A stretch of DNA of 64,000 nt from Leucoraja ocellata (Eukaryota): contig JAWMAR010000001.1 of assembly GCA_036785375.1 (NCBI GenBank), forward strand, positions 744,001 through 808,000, in the 5' to 3' direction. Position 1 is the stretch's first letter. Each line of letters opens with the position of its first letter. Shown here in pieces: positions 24,401-36,989 of this stretch. The position numbers and the translations under genes are program-made. Under the pieces are notes generated by a model, which was not told the DNA's origin, searched no databases, and worked only from the letters and a program-made list of their open reading frames with translations.

Positions 24401-26200
24401 ATCCTTGACTCATTGATGCTTATTTCATCTTCAGTGGAGACCAGACCATTATGCAATCAAATCAAATATCAGGTTCCCCTCCCTGCATATCAAACTGGGA
24501 CAACACGCTGTCTCACTCACTATTCTGAAAGAAGTGGCTGACATTTCATTGCTCACAATTGCGATCAACAAGAGAAATCATCTGACTAATACTAGATAAT
24601 ACTCACATGTGACGTTTCTTCCAGTGAAGCCTCTTTTGATTTGGGTTGAGCCTGTAGAATAATATTTACAATTAGACCTTTAGAATTGGACAGAAATGTT
24701 TTGTAAATGATGTCCTGTGTTAGAAATCCCATTGGCCTGAATTGTATAACTGTGCAGTTACCTCAATACTGGTTTCACTTGACTCTGATGAGTCACTCTC
24801 GCTGTCAATGGTCTTCAGACCTTCACACTCCACATCAACGTCAGCCACTTTATCAGCAAAATATTCCACTCGGCTTTTACAAAACCCTTTCTCCTGTGAA
24901 AATAAAGCAAAATGCAGAGAAATTAGTGATGACCAAGCACAACATTGAATCAAATTTATTATTATTTAACTCAATTGACAAACTTTTCTTTAATATGGTG
25001 CTTTCTATGAAATAACATAATTATAACTCTTTCTATGATGTTACTTGATACACACAGAGGTTTAACATAACTCTGGACTTACAGCAATCTTTTTAGGGCG
25101 GAAGGTGCAACCAGAATCATCAAATTCCCGAACAGAATTCTTGGAGCAGACAGTTTCTTTCACGGAGAATGTTAAATCCACGTTGTATGACAGTTTACCC
25201 GTGCGATAGGTCTGATGAAAAGAAAATAGTTAATAGTCATTATATCTGGTGTTCTTACACTGATCAGATAAAGCTTAGAACTACACGTCTTTATATTCAG
25301 CATGTGATTAACCTGCTGGTGCCAGAATCATTATCCACAATGAGCAAGAGACATAATGTACCCATAGATAAAATAGCTGCTTTAACCATCATTATATAAA
25401 CCCACAATTTGCAAGAAACTTTAATTTTATGGAAGAAATTAGCAAATAAGACAACAAGGGAAAATTTCAAAATGAATTAAATTCCAAATCAAAGCTTGGT
25501 AGTAGCTCCAACCTCATTCTTGTACATTGGTCCATTCTGAGTTTCAACTCAGACTGATTTAGAATTTAAATTGCTGATATTCATTGAAAATGGTATGTAA
25601 TAAAATACTAAGCACTTCTTTAGTAATTAAACACATAAAATTAGATCTTATTTTAACATGCACCTGATCTTACTTTTAAATTATACAGAGAGAGGGTATT
25701 CGACCCATTGGGCCTACACTGGCTCTTCCTTCTCTTTATTTTCCTGCAGCCCTGCTTTTTTTTTGTTCCATCAGCTCTCTTTTAATTATTTTTGCTATTA
25801 ACTTAATCTAGGGATATTTTACAGTAACCAGTCAACTTGCACTGAACCACATCCTTACACAGCCTAGTGTATGAAACACAATTAGACCAGGGGACACTTA
25901 CAGTTGTTACGCCTCTCCTGGTGATCGCACACAGGTTGGTGATCTCGGTGATTTCATTCAGTTTTGCAACTGAGGCTCTCAGAGCATCCTTGGTGCTTGG
26001 CAATCCTGCAGAGAGAGAAGGAAAGTTGTACAAGACATTCAAACAAGCGTCGGTGAAGTATTTTTACACATTGGTGAATTATCCCTGACTAAAGCTCATT
26101 ACCAGTAACTCATTTCTTTCTGAGGCCCTCCCTCTCCCCAGTACCTACCTGAGCATTGGAGGATCTGCACAGCAGCGATGGCAAGGAGGAAGAATTTCAT
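21432..26200 (-). CDS. SPP2: SPP2-like gene, copy B; 10 coding exons, 228 aa
   Basis: Exons 26200-26149, 26005-25902, 25211-25083, 24893-24762, 24651-24607, 23728-23684, 22577-22533, 22253-22197, 21619-21575, 21464-21432; all GT-AG with a continuous frame. Tail: ...SESDSSESSETSIE AQPKSKEASLEETSH VKSKSDEISLEDSSN DNTKSTETSHEHSDQ VKYKSKETSIEEYSNESSN MKSKSTELSLEEPSN EQNEDSRGRH*. Confidence 0.85.
21575..21619 (-). CDS. Copy B micro-exon MKSKSTELSLEEPSN
   Basis: 45 nt, AG/GTAAGT. Confidence 0.8.
22197..22253 (-). CDS. Copy B-specific micro-exon VKYKSKETSIEEYSNESSN
   Basis: 57 nt, CACAG| and |GTAAGT. Confidence 0.75.
22533..22577 (-). CDS. Copy B micro-exon DNTKSTETSHEHSDQ
   Basis: 45 nt, AG/GTGAGT. 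Confidence 0.8.
23684..23728 (-). CDS. Copy B micro-exon VKSKSDEISLEDSSN
   Basis: 45 nt, AG/GTAAGT. Confidence 0.8.
24607..24651 (-). CDS. Copy B micro-exon AQPKSKEASLEETSH
   Basis: 45 nt, AG/GTGAGT. Confidence 0.8.
24762..24893 (-). CDS. Copy B exon 4
   Basis: 132 nt, EKGFCKSRVEYFADKVADVDVECEGLKTIDSESDSSESSETSIE. Confidence 0.9.
25083..25211 (-). CDS. Copy B exon 3
   Basis: 129 nt, TYRTGKLSYNVDLTFSVKETVCSKNSVREFDDSGCTFRPKKIA. Confidence 0.9.
25902..26005 (-). CDS. Copy B exon 2
   Basis: 104 nt, LPSTKDALRASVAKLNEITEITNLCAITRRGVTT. Confidence 0.9.
26149..26200 (-). CDS. Copy B exon 1, signal peptide MKFFLLAIAAVQILQCS(G)
   Basis: 52 nt, G|GTAGGT. Confidence 0.9.
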
Positions 26201-26290
26201 TCTGCCTTGTGTAGGATCAGCCGGCTGGGTTCTCAGAGTAAAGTTGCTGCTTCTCTCTCTCGATCTGCCTTCACCTCGCTGCCTTCGGTC

Positions 26291-26337
26291 TTTATACCCT
26301 GCACCTCCACCACATTCAAACACTGACTCATGTTTGC
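26291..26337 (-). promoter_or_regulatory. Copy B core promoter (TATAAA, AP-1, FOX-like)
   Basis: tttata 26291-26296, tgactca 26324-26330, tgtttgc 26331-26337. Confidence 0.7.
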
Positions 26338-26999
26338 TCAGCTTGTTGGTCGTGGGCATTGAAACCAGATGAAATGTGGGCTGCGATTATGGGCAGTGCT
26401 TCCGCCAAATTTCATCATCATGTTTAGATTTGGTGAGAAAAGTATGAAATCAGATTTTATTCCTCATAAATCCCAAGTATGTTTAGAGAAATTAAAATGC
26501 AGGAACAGCTGGATGAACTTTATGGGCCATGCAGCATCTGTGGATGGATATGGGCAGATGTCACTTCAGGTTGGGCATTTCATCTGGTCTGAAAGAGTGG
26601 ATGGGAGATATAAAGTGATCAAAAGGGTGGGGCAAGAGCTGGCATAGGATCCAGGTGAGGAGGGGTGGATTGGTGGATGGAGTTAGGTGGGGGAAGAGAG
26701 GCTATGTCCACTAATCTACCTCTCCTCACCTAAGCCTTCCTGCCACATGCTAGATCTTGCCCACTCCACCTCCATTACACTCACTATCCCTTTTTCAGTT
26801 CAGATGAAGTCTCAACCTGAAGCGTTGCCTTCAGCAGTTTGCTTTTTGCTCCAAATTCCAGCACCTGCCATCTGTTATGTCTCTATATTTAGAGAAATTG
26901 TGTTTCATTTTGTACCAACACTTCTCGATAACATTGATATTACAAGATTGCAGGGGGCATCACCGTTGCGGGTGGATCTCAAACACTGATGAGTCAGAG

Positions 27000-27960
27000 T
27001 AGCGGAAGGAGATAGAGAACTCAGTAACATGGTGTCAAGATAACAAACTCTTCCACAATGTCAGAAAGAGCTAGTCATTGGCATCAGAAAGCAGTGTGGA
27101 GTACACACCGCAAGCTACGTCAATGGTGCTGACATGGAAGGCTCGAAGGGCCGAATGCACCTATTTTTCTATGTTTCAATGATCAAGAGCTTCAAGTTTC
27201 AGTGTGTAAATATTACTAACAATTTGTTCTGGTCCAACCACATTGATGTTACGGCCAAGAATACACACCGACGCCCCAATGTCCTCAGAAGACGAAGGAA
27301 ATTTGGCATATTACAAATTATGTTTTACAATTTCTACAGATGCTCTGGAGAAAGTTTCCTATTGGGATGCATCACAGCTTGGTTTGGCCACAGCTCTGCC
27401 TATGACCACAAGAAATTGCAGAGAGTGTGGACACGCGTTACATCACGCAAACCAGCAAACCATTTTCACCCCAACCCCTCCACACACCCCCCCAACACCC
27501 CCCTCCCCCCCCTCCCCCCCCCCCCCCCCCCCACCCCCCCCCCCCACCTCCACCACACCTCCCTGACCATTGACTCCATCTACATTTCACACTGCCTCGG
27601 GAAAGTAGCCAGTATATTCAAGGATCACTCACACCCTCATCATTCCCTATTTTCTCTCCCCCATTGAGCAGAAGGCACAACAGCATAAAAGTATGTCACC
27701 AGATTTATGAATAGCTTCTTCCCCACTGCAATCAGACTATGAAAATAAGTTCTCATAAACCAAAGATGTATTCCTGTTCTCCCAATTTATCTCACTGCAC
27801 ACTTTGCATTTTGTTTTTATCTGCACTTTTTCTGTAGCTGTAACACTATATTCTGTATTCGGTTTCCACTGCCTTTTTGCACCCTGATTGTACTCTTATA
27901 TGGTTTTACTGTAATCATGTATGGATATTTTACCTGGATATCACTGAATCTCGATACATA
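27000..27960 (+). mobile_element. Degenerate Rex/Babar-type LINE upstream of copy B (similar remnant at about 6200-7050 upstream of copy A)
   Basis: FKF..VNITNNL.WSNHI, FYRC..ES.L.GCITAWFG. Confidence 0.65.
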
Positions 27961-28203
27961 TAACATTTTTTTTTAAATGATGATGGATGTAAGCAGGCTG
28001 TATGAGCAGAAGGGAGGGTTCAAATGGCAAATTCTCCAGGGATACATCCAGCCAGGTAGTATCTTCAAATCTGGGGTACAATAAGTTGGCTGGGTTGATC
28101 ATTATTCTGAGACCTATTTCTTTTGATTTGGTGCTTTTCTATCTTTTCTTTAGGTATTCAGATCTTTAAAATTGTAGGGCAACCAATGCTCTAATTGCTC
28201 CAC

Positions 28204-28510
28204 AGGCAGCATGGGGGCGCAGCAGTAGAGCTGCTGCGTTACAGCATCAGTGACCCGGGTTAGATCGTGACTATGGTGCTGTCTACAGAGATTTGACTTC
28301 CCGTAGCTTGCGTGGGTTTTCTCCGGGTACTCCAGTTTCCTCCCACACTCCAAAGATGTACAGGTTTGTAGGTTAATGGCCTTGGTGAAAAAATGGTAAA
28401 TTGTCCATAGTGTGTAGGATGGTGTTAGTGTGCAGGGTTTGCTGGTCAGCATGGACTCGGTGGTCCGAAGGGCCGGTTTCCACGCTGTATTGCGAAACTA
28501 AACTAAACTA
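28204..28510 (+). mobile_element. tRNA-derived SINE (HE1/V-SINE-like) with (AAACT)n tail
   Basis: Box A/B-like head and central gggttttctccgggtactccagtttcctcccac core; related copies at about 225-480, 10515-10712, 20690-20980, 46680-47010, 59860-60140. Confidence 0.75.
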
Positions 28511-28670
28511 AAGTGTCTCAAACCCTAATTTTTTGGGAGAGGAAAATCAAAATAACTGCAGATGCTGGAAATATGAAATAGGAACTGAGAATGCTGGAAA
28601 AACTCAGTGGGTTGGGGAGCTTCTGTGGAAGAGAAATAGTTAAACTGATTCAGGTTAACTACCCTTCAGC

Positions 28671-29948
28671 CAAGGGCGGAAAACCGGGAAGGGGCCAGAG
28701 GGGACACGCCCCCCCCCCCCCCCCCCCCATGTTTTGAGAGGTAGGGAACATCCCCCCCAAGTTTTTGTCATCCGGATTTTAAAATCTTCGCTTTCCGCGA
28801 GACAGTGGAGGTGGGACTGCTGATCGAGGGCGTCGATTGGAAGAGAGAGGCGTCGGTCAGCAGGCAATGGGGACAGGGCATGATGATTCAGCGCGATGTT
28901 TAGAGGAGGGAGGAGTGGGGGTGGGGGGGTAGGAATGAGGATAGAGTGCGGTGATTGGAGGAGGGAGACGTGGCACAGACCTGCTCCTCATCCGCAGCCA
29001 GGATCGATCCCAGCCAGGTCTCCGGCATTATCCCGTCCCCACCCGAGTGTCCCCTCCCCCCCATGGGTGGCCAGAGAGGTCGGGGGTCAGACGGGCGCGG
29101 CGCACCCAGGCCCACAGCCAGCACAGAGAAGCAGTGCTAAACCCAGCTCAACTCTGCCTGTCCCGCAAGGTGAACCTGCCTGGGCTTGCGGGAAATATGG
29201 CCAGCGCGGAGAAGAAGCGCTGGTATCCCGTCAGTCCAGTCAGGGCTTACATAGAAACATAGAAATTAGGTGCAGGAGTAGGCCATTCGGCCCTTCGAGC
29301 CTGCACCGCCATTCAATATGATCATGGCTGATCATCCAACTCAGTATTCCGTACCTGCCTTCTCTCCATACCCCCTGATCCCCTTAGCCACAAGGGCCAC
29401 ATCTAACTCCCTCTTAAATATAGCCAATGAACTGGCCTCAACTATCCTCTGTGGCAGAGAGTTCCAGAGATTCACCACTCTCTGTGTGAAAAAAATTCTT
29501 CTCATCTCGGTTTTAAAGGATTTCCCCCTTATCCTTAAGCTGTGACCCCTTGTCCTGGACTTCCCTAACATCGGGAACAATCTTCCTGCATCTAGCCTGT
29601 CCAACCCCTTAAGAATTTTGTAAGTTTCTATAAGATCCCCTCTCAATCTCCTAAATTCTAGAGAGTATAAACCAAGTCTATCCAGTCTTTCTTCATAAGA
29701 CAGTCCTGACATCCCAGGAATCAGTCTGGTGAACCTTCTCTGCACTCCCTCTATGGCAATAATGTCCTTCCTCATTGTAGGTTAACCCGGCGAGACAGGC
29801 AGAGTTGAGCTGCATTTAGCGCTGGATTGAGCCTCCGAAGCCTCGCACATGTGTGTGTGAGTGTGCACATGCGTGCGTGGCCACCTAAAAATGGTGTCCC
29901 CCCTGTCCCCCGGTCCCCTCCATGTTTTGATAGCGAGTTCCGTGCCTG
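28671..29948. mobile_element. Non-autonomous hAT-like element containing a CR1 insertion
   Basis: 8-bp TSD ccttcagc at 28663-28670 and 29949-29956; CA...TG ends; imperfect TIR (8/11). Confidence 0.75.
29248..29775 (-). mobile_element. CR1-type LINE 3' fragment
   Basis: ORF 29341-29775 EGVQRRFTRLIPG...; (CTATGTTT)n tail. Confidence 0.9.
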
Positions 29949-32719
29949 CCTTCAGCAGTACGTTCATGGAGCATCAGCTGCTTCTCCTACTGCCGATGCT
30001 GCCTGACCTGCTGTGCTTTCCCAGTATTTTCTGCTTCTACTTCACTTCTTACACTCTTGGTTACAACTTTGGATCAATGGCCCTCACAGGTTTGATCTCC
30101 ATTCTGAGAAAATGATAGTCTCCATTGACTATAGCAAATGTGCATACTTTTAGTAAATGCCTGTTCAATCAATCAAAGGTTTCAAAGGTCTCTTATTGTC
30201 ACGTGTACCAATTAAGGTACAGGGATATGTGAATTACCATACAGCCATACGAAAAAAAAGCAACAAGGCACACAAATACATAAAAGTTAACATAAATATC
30301 CACCACAAAGAACCCTCCCCACATTCCTCACTGTGATGGAAGGCAAAAAAGTCAAATTTTCTCCCTATCTGCATCAGCGAAAAAGGTCTTTATATCTCAA
30401 AAGTCCTAATTGGACTTGTTTTATTCATTCCTAGCACGCCAGTGACTCCATCCAGTGCACTTATTTTGATTTCGATATCCGCATTCCCACTAGGGCAGAA
30501 CCATTGCTTCACACTATTAAAGGATATTCCAGGAGCCGGTGACAAGGGATTTGTTCAAAGTTTCATTGAAGTTGAGACCTGTTCATGCCATCACCTGTTT
30601 AGCACTTCCTCGGTCACCTGCTGATAGTGAACATGAAGGATGGCATCTGGGAGAAGCAACATCATTGAGAGGGCTCATTCCAATCCATCATCTCCAGGGA
30701 TCTGATGCAGGGGCATTCAGTAACAGTGAAGCACAGACTTGGCTTGTGTTGAGGTGCATTTCTCTCAACACTGCCAAGATTTTCTGGGCATCATTCCAGT
30801 AGTGATAACCTTAACTCATTCATTGTCAATGGGTTAAACGTAGAACTAACATGGCGGTGTTTGGTTAATCTAATCTGATCTGTAAAGCAACAGTGAGTGA
30901 TGTTTTCACACAGTGATATTGAGTATTTCTGAGTAGTGCTGACCATTGAGGTGATCCACTGTGCCGTGCGTGGGTGTACCTGTTCTGTGGTACACTGGGG
31001 GCAGTTGGTTCGTGTTGGCTGAGTCCAGGTTGGTTTTGTGGGCAGCTTGCGAACTAATGGTCTCTCTATCTGCTGGCCAAGTTTGTGTGGGACACATTTC
31101 CCAGTTCACTGCCAGGAACGCATCATTGCAGTTTGCTGAAATATAAATCTGCAACGTGCAGGTAAACAGTTGGCAACGAGAGCAAGTATCTGAGCTTGCA
31201 CGAACTGAAACCTTCACGCTGTGACTGACAAACAAGATGCTGCAGAGCCCCAATGCGGTCTCTGGGAAAGTTATATCAGAATGTGTTCTGTTCAAACCAC
31301 CTCGTGCCAAAGTAATCAGTGGTTCAGTAAACATCTGACGTGCTCATCGCCCTGTGTTCGCCATCCTGTGTTAATGGCCAGAGGTTTAAATCATGGACCC
31401 TTGGCTCAGTGTGTTCCACGGCCATGAATAGATCCTCACTGTATTTTCAATGACTGCTCTTCCGCTCAAACCTCTGCACACAATGAGTGCAGGTTGCTGC
31501 AGCATTTACAGATGAGCAGTGTCAGCCCCGTCACAAAGCATTCTCTGTGACGTATTCCTGACGACGGAAGTCATTCAGCATTCCGAGCGTGGGTGCATCA
31601 TCCAGGGATTGGACTTGGACTGGGAATTGTTGACAGTGGTTCCAAAACCTGTGGTCAGGCCTCCTGGCTCCTGGGCTGTGTGTAAGCTTCATGGTCCATG
31701 TGGGGAGGAGGGAAGAGCAAAAGGGAGAAGGTCAAAACAATTCATGGAACTAAACAGCTCAAGGGTAACTGCCAAGGGAACAGGTGTCAACATCCGCTCA
31801 AAAATAGCCATGATTATCATCTTTCATCGTAAACAAATTACAAAGTGTTTTTGAATTTGAACAATTTAAACTCAGTTACTTCATGAGAAGTCCATCTGTC
31901 CCCATGCCTGGTGTTTGAGTTAACCCATTATCTGGCAAAACTTGCCAGTTGGGTCGGGTGCTTCAACTTCAAATTGACCATTGAAGCAAAGGTTCAATCA
32001 ATAAAGTTGTTGTATGAGATGAGAATAGGATGTGGACATTGATTTGGGGATGGCCATCAACAGGGGAAATCAGGGAAACCGTGACCAACATTCTATACAT
32101 TATCACAAGGTGGTTTGGATCTGTAGGAACATCAGAATGGGCTGCATGCAACTCAAAAAGATCATGGCTCACCCAGGCTACATATTCACTTTATCGCGGC
32201 ACCCTTCGATACGTTCACCTCACAGAAATCCAACCGCCTGTGTCTGAAGCCTTAGGGTTTCATTTACTCCTACTGAACATGGCAGTTCCAGGTTCCAGAT
32301 TCCAGTATCCTTCAGGAAATGACTGACTGATTAGTTTAGTTCAGAGATACAGCGCGAAAACAGGCTCTACAGACCACCAAGTCCACACAGACGCAGTGAT
32401 CACCGTACATTAACACACACTAGGGACAATATACACACATACCTGTCCAATTAACCTACATACCTGTACGTCTTTCACAATAGTCTCCACGTTCTCCACA
32501 ATGGTCATGCTTTACGCCCTTGCACTTAGATCTTTATCAGATGAACTGGTTTTCTTCCAGTCATGTTGTCACAATGTTTTAATGTCTTTTGTATTAAAGC
32601 AGCACATGGGCTGTTCATTGATTTGTAAAAGTGATGCTTTCCAGGAAAATAACTTTCTCAGTAAAATTTTCTGTTGGAAAGACTGAGTGAAATTGCTTCT
32701 GGTTATTTTGATGCAATTA

Positions 32720-33462
32720 TAGAAACATAGAAACATAGAATATAGGTGCAGGGGTAGGCCATTCGGCCCTTCGAGCCTGCACCGCGATTCGATATGATCA
32801 TGGCTGATCATCCAACTCAGTATCCCATCCCTGCCTTCTCATCATACCTCCTGATCCCTTTTGCCACAAGAGTCACATCTAACTCCCTCTTAAATATAGC
32901 CAATGAACTGGCCTGAACTACCTCTGTGGCAGAGAATTCCACAGATTCACCACTCTCTGTGTAAAAAATGATTTTCTCATCTCGGTCCTAAAATACTTCC
33001 CTCTTATCCTTAAACTGTGACCCCTAGTTCTGGACTTCCCCAACATCGGGAATAATCTTCCTGCATCTAGCCTGTCCAACCCCTTAAGAATTTTGTAAGT
33101 TTCTATAAGATCCCCCCTCAATCTTCTAAATTCTAGCGTGTACAAGCCAAGTCTATCCAGTCTTTCTTCATATGAAAGTCCTGCCATCCCAGGATTCAGT
33201 CTGGTGAACCTTCTCTGTACTCCCTCTATGGCAAGAATATCTTTCCTCAGATTAGGAGACCAAAACTGTACGTAATACTCCAGGTGTGGTCTCACCAAGA
33301 CCCTGTACAAGTGCAGTAGAATCTCCCTGCTCTTATACTCAAATCCTTTTGCTATGAATGCTAACACACCATTTGCTTTCTTCACTGCCTGCTGCACCTG
33401 CATTCCTACTTTCAATGACTGGTGTACCATGACACCCAGGTTTCGTTGCATCTCCCCTTTTT
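32720..33462 (-). mobile_element. CR1-type LINE 3' fragment
   Basis: ORF 32918-33466; same subfamily as 29248-29775. Confidence 0.9.
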
Positions 33463-35394
33463 CCATTCACACTATTCATGATAGTAAAAGGTAGTTTGGC
33501 AGATTGAAGACACATGGCCTCAAAAAGGTCATTGACATTGCAATGAAAACTCATAAATCAAACATTTGTGAATCAAGAGGCAGAATACAGATAAAATGTA
33601 AACTGGATTGAACAATTAAAAAAGTGCTGGCTGCTATCATTCTTATTCTGTTAATGGATGTTTGGCCAGTATTTACTTCTGTGCAAGCTCATGGGAAATG
33701 AGTGAAATCTCCCTATTTGTGCAAACACAGAGAGAAATAAAGAAAACTAAGATATAGAATGTTGTTACAATAAATTACTGACCAGTTTCCATATCTCCGA
33801 TAATACGCCCCTACCAATATCATGAGAAAACTCAATATTTTGTTGCTCTTATAATTGATTAAAAATATATTTCCAATTGACACCAGCAGAATAGAAAATG
33901 GAAGGTATGTAGTGGCAAGCTAGCTGGTCAAGAGGAGATTCTGGGGTAGTCAAATTCCTTTTGCTTTATGAGGATATTATTTGGAGTAATTTCCATTGGC
34001 CTAATGTGGTGACTGCTATATCAGTCAAGTATTTCACATCATTGGACCTAAGTTCAGGAAGTTGTAGTCAGAGCAAAACAGAACCTTAGGCCCATCGACA
34101 GTCCACGCTGACCATTAATCGGCCATTACACTGATGCTATACCAATCCTGTTTTATTCTCTCCATGTTTCCACCAACTGCAACCAGATTCTCCCCCTCAG
34201 CCAGATGCTAGGGACAATTTACAGAGACCAATTAATCTTTGGAATATGGGAGGAAACTGGAGCAGTCATGGCTAACCGACATGGTCACAGGGAGAATATG
34301 CAAACTCCACACAGACATTACCTGGTATGGATTGAGCCCAAGTCAGTGAGTGAGGCAGTAGTTCTACCACATGACATTGCAATATGAAACACCTGTAAAG
34401 TGTTTGCAGATAATAAATTCATTATGCTCCCTGGTCCCATCAAAATAAGACTTAGGTCTTTAAGTAGTATTCCTGTCATGTCAGGCACACTGCCCGAGTG
34501 GAGCTACAACGTAACAGATAAATAATAACGACAATGGAAACAACAAAACGGCAAGAAAAATGTCGTCAAGTCAGAATGTGCAATATTTCACAGTATAGTG
34601 TTGTGGCAGTGCAAAAATATTGGCTATGGGTGTTGTGTGTTCAGTGCAGAGTTCAGAGTGGTGCTGGCCTTGGTTTTAATCTTGTGGTGTGTGATTTGAT
34701 GGAGGGTCATGGCTTGAAACATCACCTATCCATGCCTTCCAGAGATGTTGTCTGAACTGCTGAGTTAACCTGGCACTTTGTTATTTTTCTCTTATTTTCC
34801 TGCATTTCTTGCTCTATAGCTTGAACTCTTTCGGCTGGAACGATGAGGCAAACTGATGAATGGATTAGGATCTGTCTGGAGATGGGTTACCAGTGGTATC
34901 CCAAGGTGTTGAGACCATTGCTCTTCACTGCTTTAGGAATCCCAAGAACCATTTCAGAATTAGGACAGTGGACAATGCTTGACAGATTAATGTGTCAGTA
35001 AAGGACCTACAATAGTGGCCGATGATGTTCAATGTGAACCATAAAATGCAGGATGACTCAGGCTTGGCATATCTGTGGCGAGGTAAACAGTATTTCAGGT
35101 TAATGACCTCCCATCAGAAAATTTGGAGAGGAACAAGAATGGTGACAAAACAAAGAGAATGTTTATGAAAATGTGGAAATCAGGAGAAACATACTGGTGC
35201 AAAGGTCCAGTGCTGAAACAATCAAATACCAACCACTGCAGCTGCTGAAAGTCTCAAATAAACATGAATGTTGGAACTACCCAGCAGGGCAGGAACTGTT
35301 AAGAAAATCCTCTCCCTGAAGTAAACCAGGAGTTTTTTATTGCAACGTGCTAGATTTATGCTTACCTTTATAATGCCAGTGTACTGCAAATTTT

Positions 35395-35702
35395 TATTTT
35401 TTATTTTGGAGATACGGCACAGAAACAAGCCCTTCGGCCCACCAAATCTACGCCAACCAGTGAGCCCTGCACACTAATACTATCATACACACACTAGGGA
35501 CAATTTACACTTTTACCAAGCCAATTAGCATACAAACCTGTATGTTTTTGGCGTGTGCGGGGAAACTGGATCTCCCGGAGAAAACCCATGTAGGTCACGG
35601 AGAAAACGTACAAACTCCATACAGACAGTACCTGTAGTCACGATCGAACCCAGGTCTGACGCCGTAAGGCAGCAACTCTATCGCTGTACCACTGTGCCGC
35701 CC
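35395..35702 (-). mobile_element. tRNA-derived SINE
   Basis: Reverse complement of the same SINE family. Confidence 0.75.
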
Positions 35703-36989
35703 AGAGGCAATTACTGAAATTCCCTGATTCAGAGATGTTCATTTTACATATTTTTTATCATACCAAAAATGCCTTGAAAACATTTTACCCAGCCTTTTCA
35801 ATTCAACAGCATTTCATTCAACTAAATATTTTCCATCCCTTATGTAAATCAAAGAATGCCTGTAATCATATCAATTTATATCGGCCATGGGTGGGATCTG
35901 AACATATCACTGGAATAAAGTTCCAGGAGTCTGGGTACCAGTGCAGTAACTTAATCATAGTGCAGGCACACACCTCATTTCGTTCTCACTCAAGACTTGA
36001 GCAAGCCTTACTTGGGTAGGTGATATTGAGGATTATGAAATGGTGCAGAAGTCACTGGGCCAATACAAGGCATCTTGGTTGTCAAGACATGCTGGAAGAG
36101 CTGGGACCCGCCACATAGCCCTTCACGTCTGCTCCTTATCATCAAGATCACAGCTAATCTTCTACCTTATCTCCATATCTATTCTTTCCCTTCATGTCTA
36201 CAAATTGATCAATCACAATTTTGAATGAACACGACAACCACAGATCTTCAAGTCTGAGAATTCCAGATATCCACCACCTTCTGAACAATGACATTTGCCC
36301 TACAGGCAGATTGTTTCTTTTGAAATCACACCCGGTTCTGCAATCCTCAGCCAGGTGGAACCCTCTGTATCATTCTATCGAACCCTATAGTTATTTTGCA
36401 AGTTTATGATAAATCTAAACTGTTGAAAATACAAGCTTGGTCTACTCAATCTTTCCACATCCAATAACCACACCATCCCTAGAACAAATCTGCTGCTGCA
36501 CCCCCATGATGGCAAGGACATCGGTTTATAGACGGGGAGACCAACGCTGTACACACTTCAGGTGTGGGCTCCTATACAATTCCTTTCTCTTGTATTCAAA
36601 CCTTCATAATAAAGGTTAACGTACCATCTGCCTTGCCAATTTGATGAATCTGCAAATTGGCCTTCAATGACATGTGTAGGAGGCAGAGAGCTGTGGTCAA
36701 GGGGTGTTTTTCTGATGGAGGTCAGCCATGAAGGGTGTTACCACAAGGATTACCACGAGGAATTTTGTTTGGGATTCATGCAAAATGACTTGAATGACAA
36801 TGTTGGTCAGCTAATTATTACGTTTGCTGATGAAATAAAATTTGGTGGAACAGAACATAGCAAAGATTGTCAGAGAGGGACAAAATCAGTTGGAATGTTG
36901 AGGGCAGTGGTGATGAATTTAATCCAGATAAGTGTGAGGTAATGCACTTGGAGACACTTACAGGATATGGACTTTCCACTTTGAACTGT

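Noticed and set aside
27460-27560. Proline-rich ORF segment
   Set aside because: A poly-C low-complexity tract within a decayed LINE.
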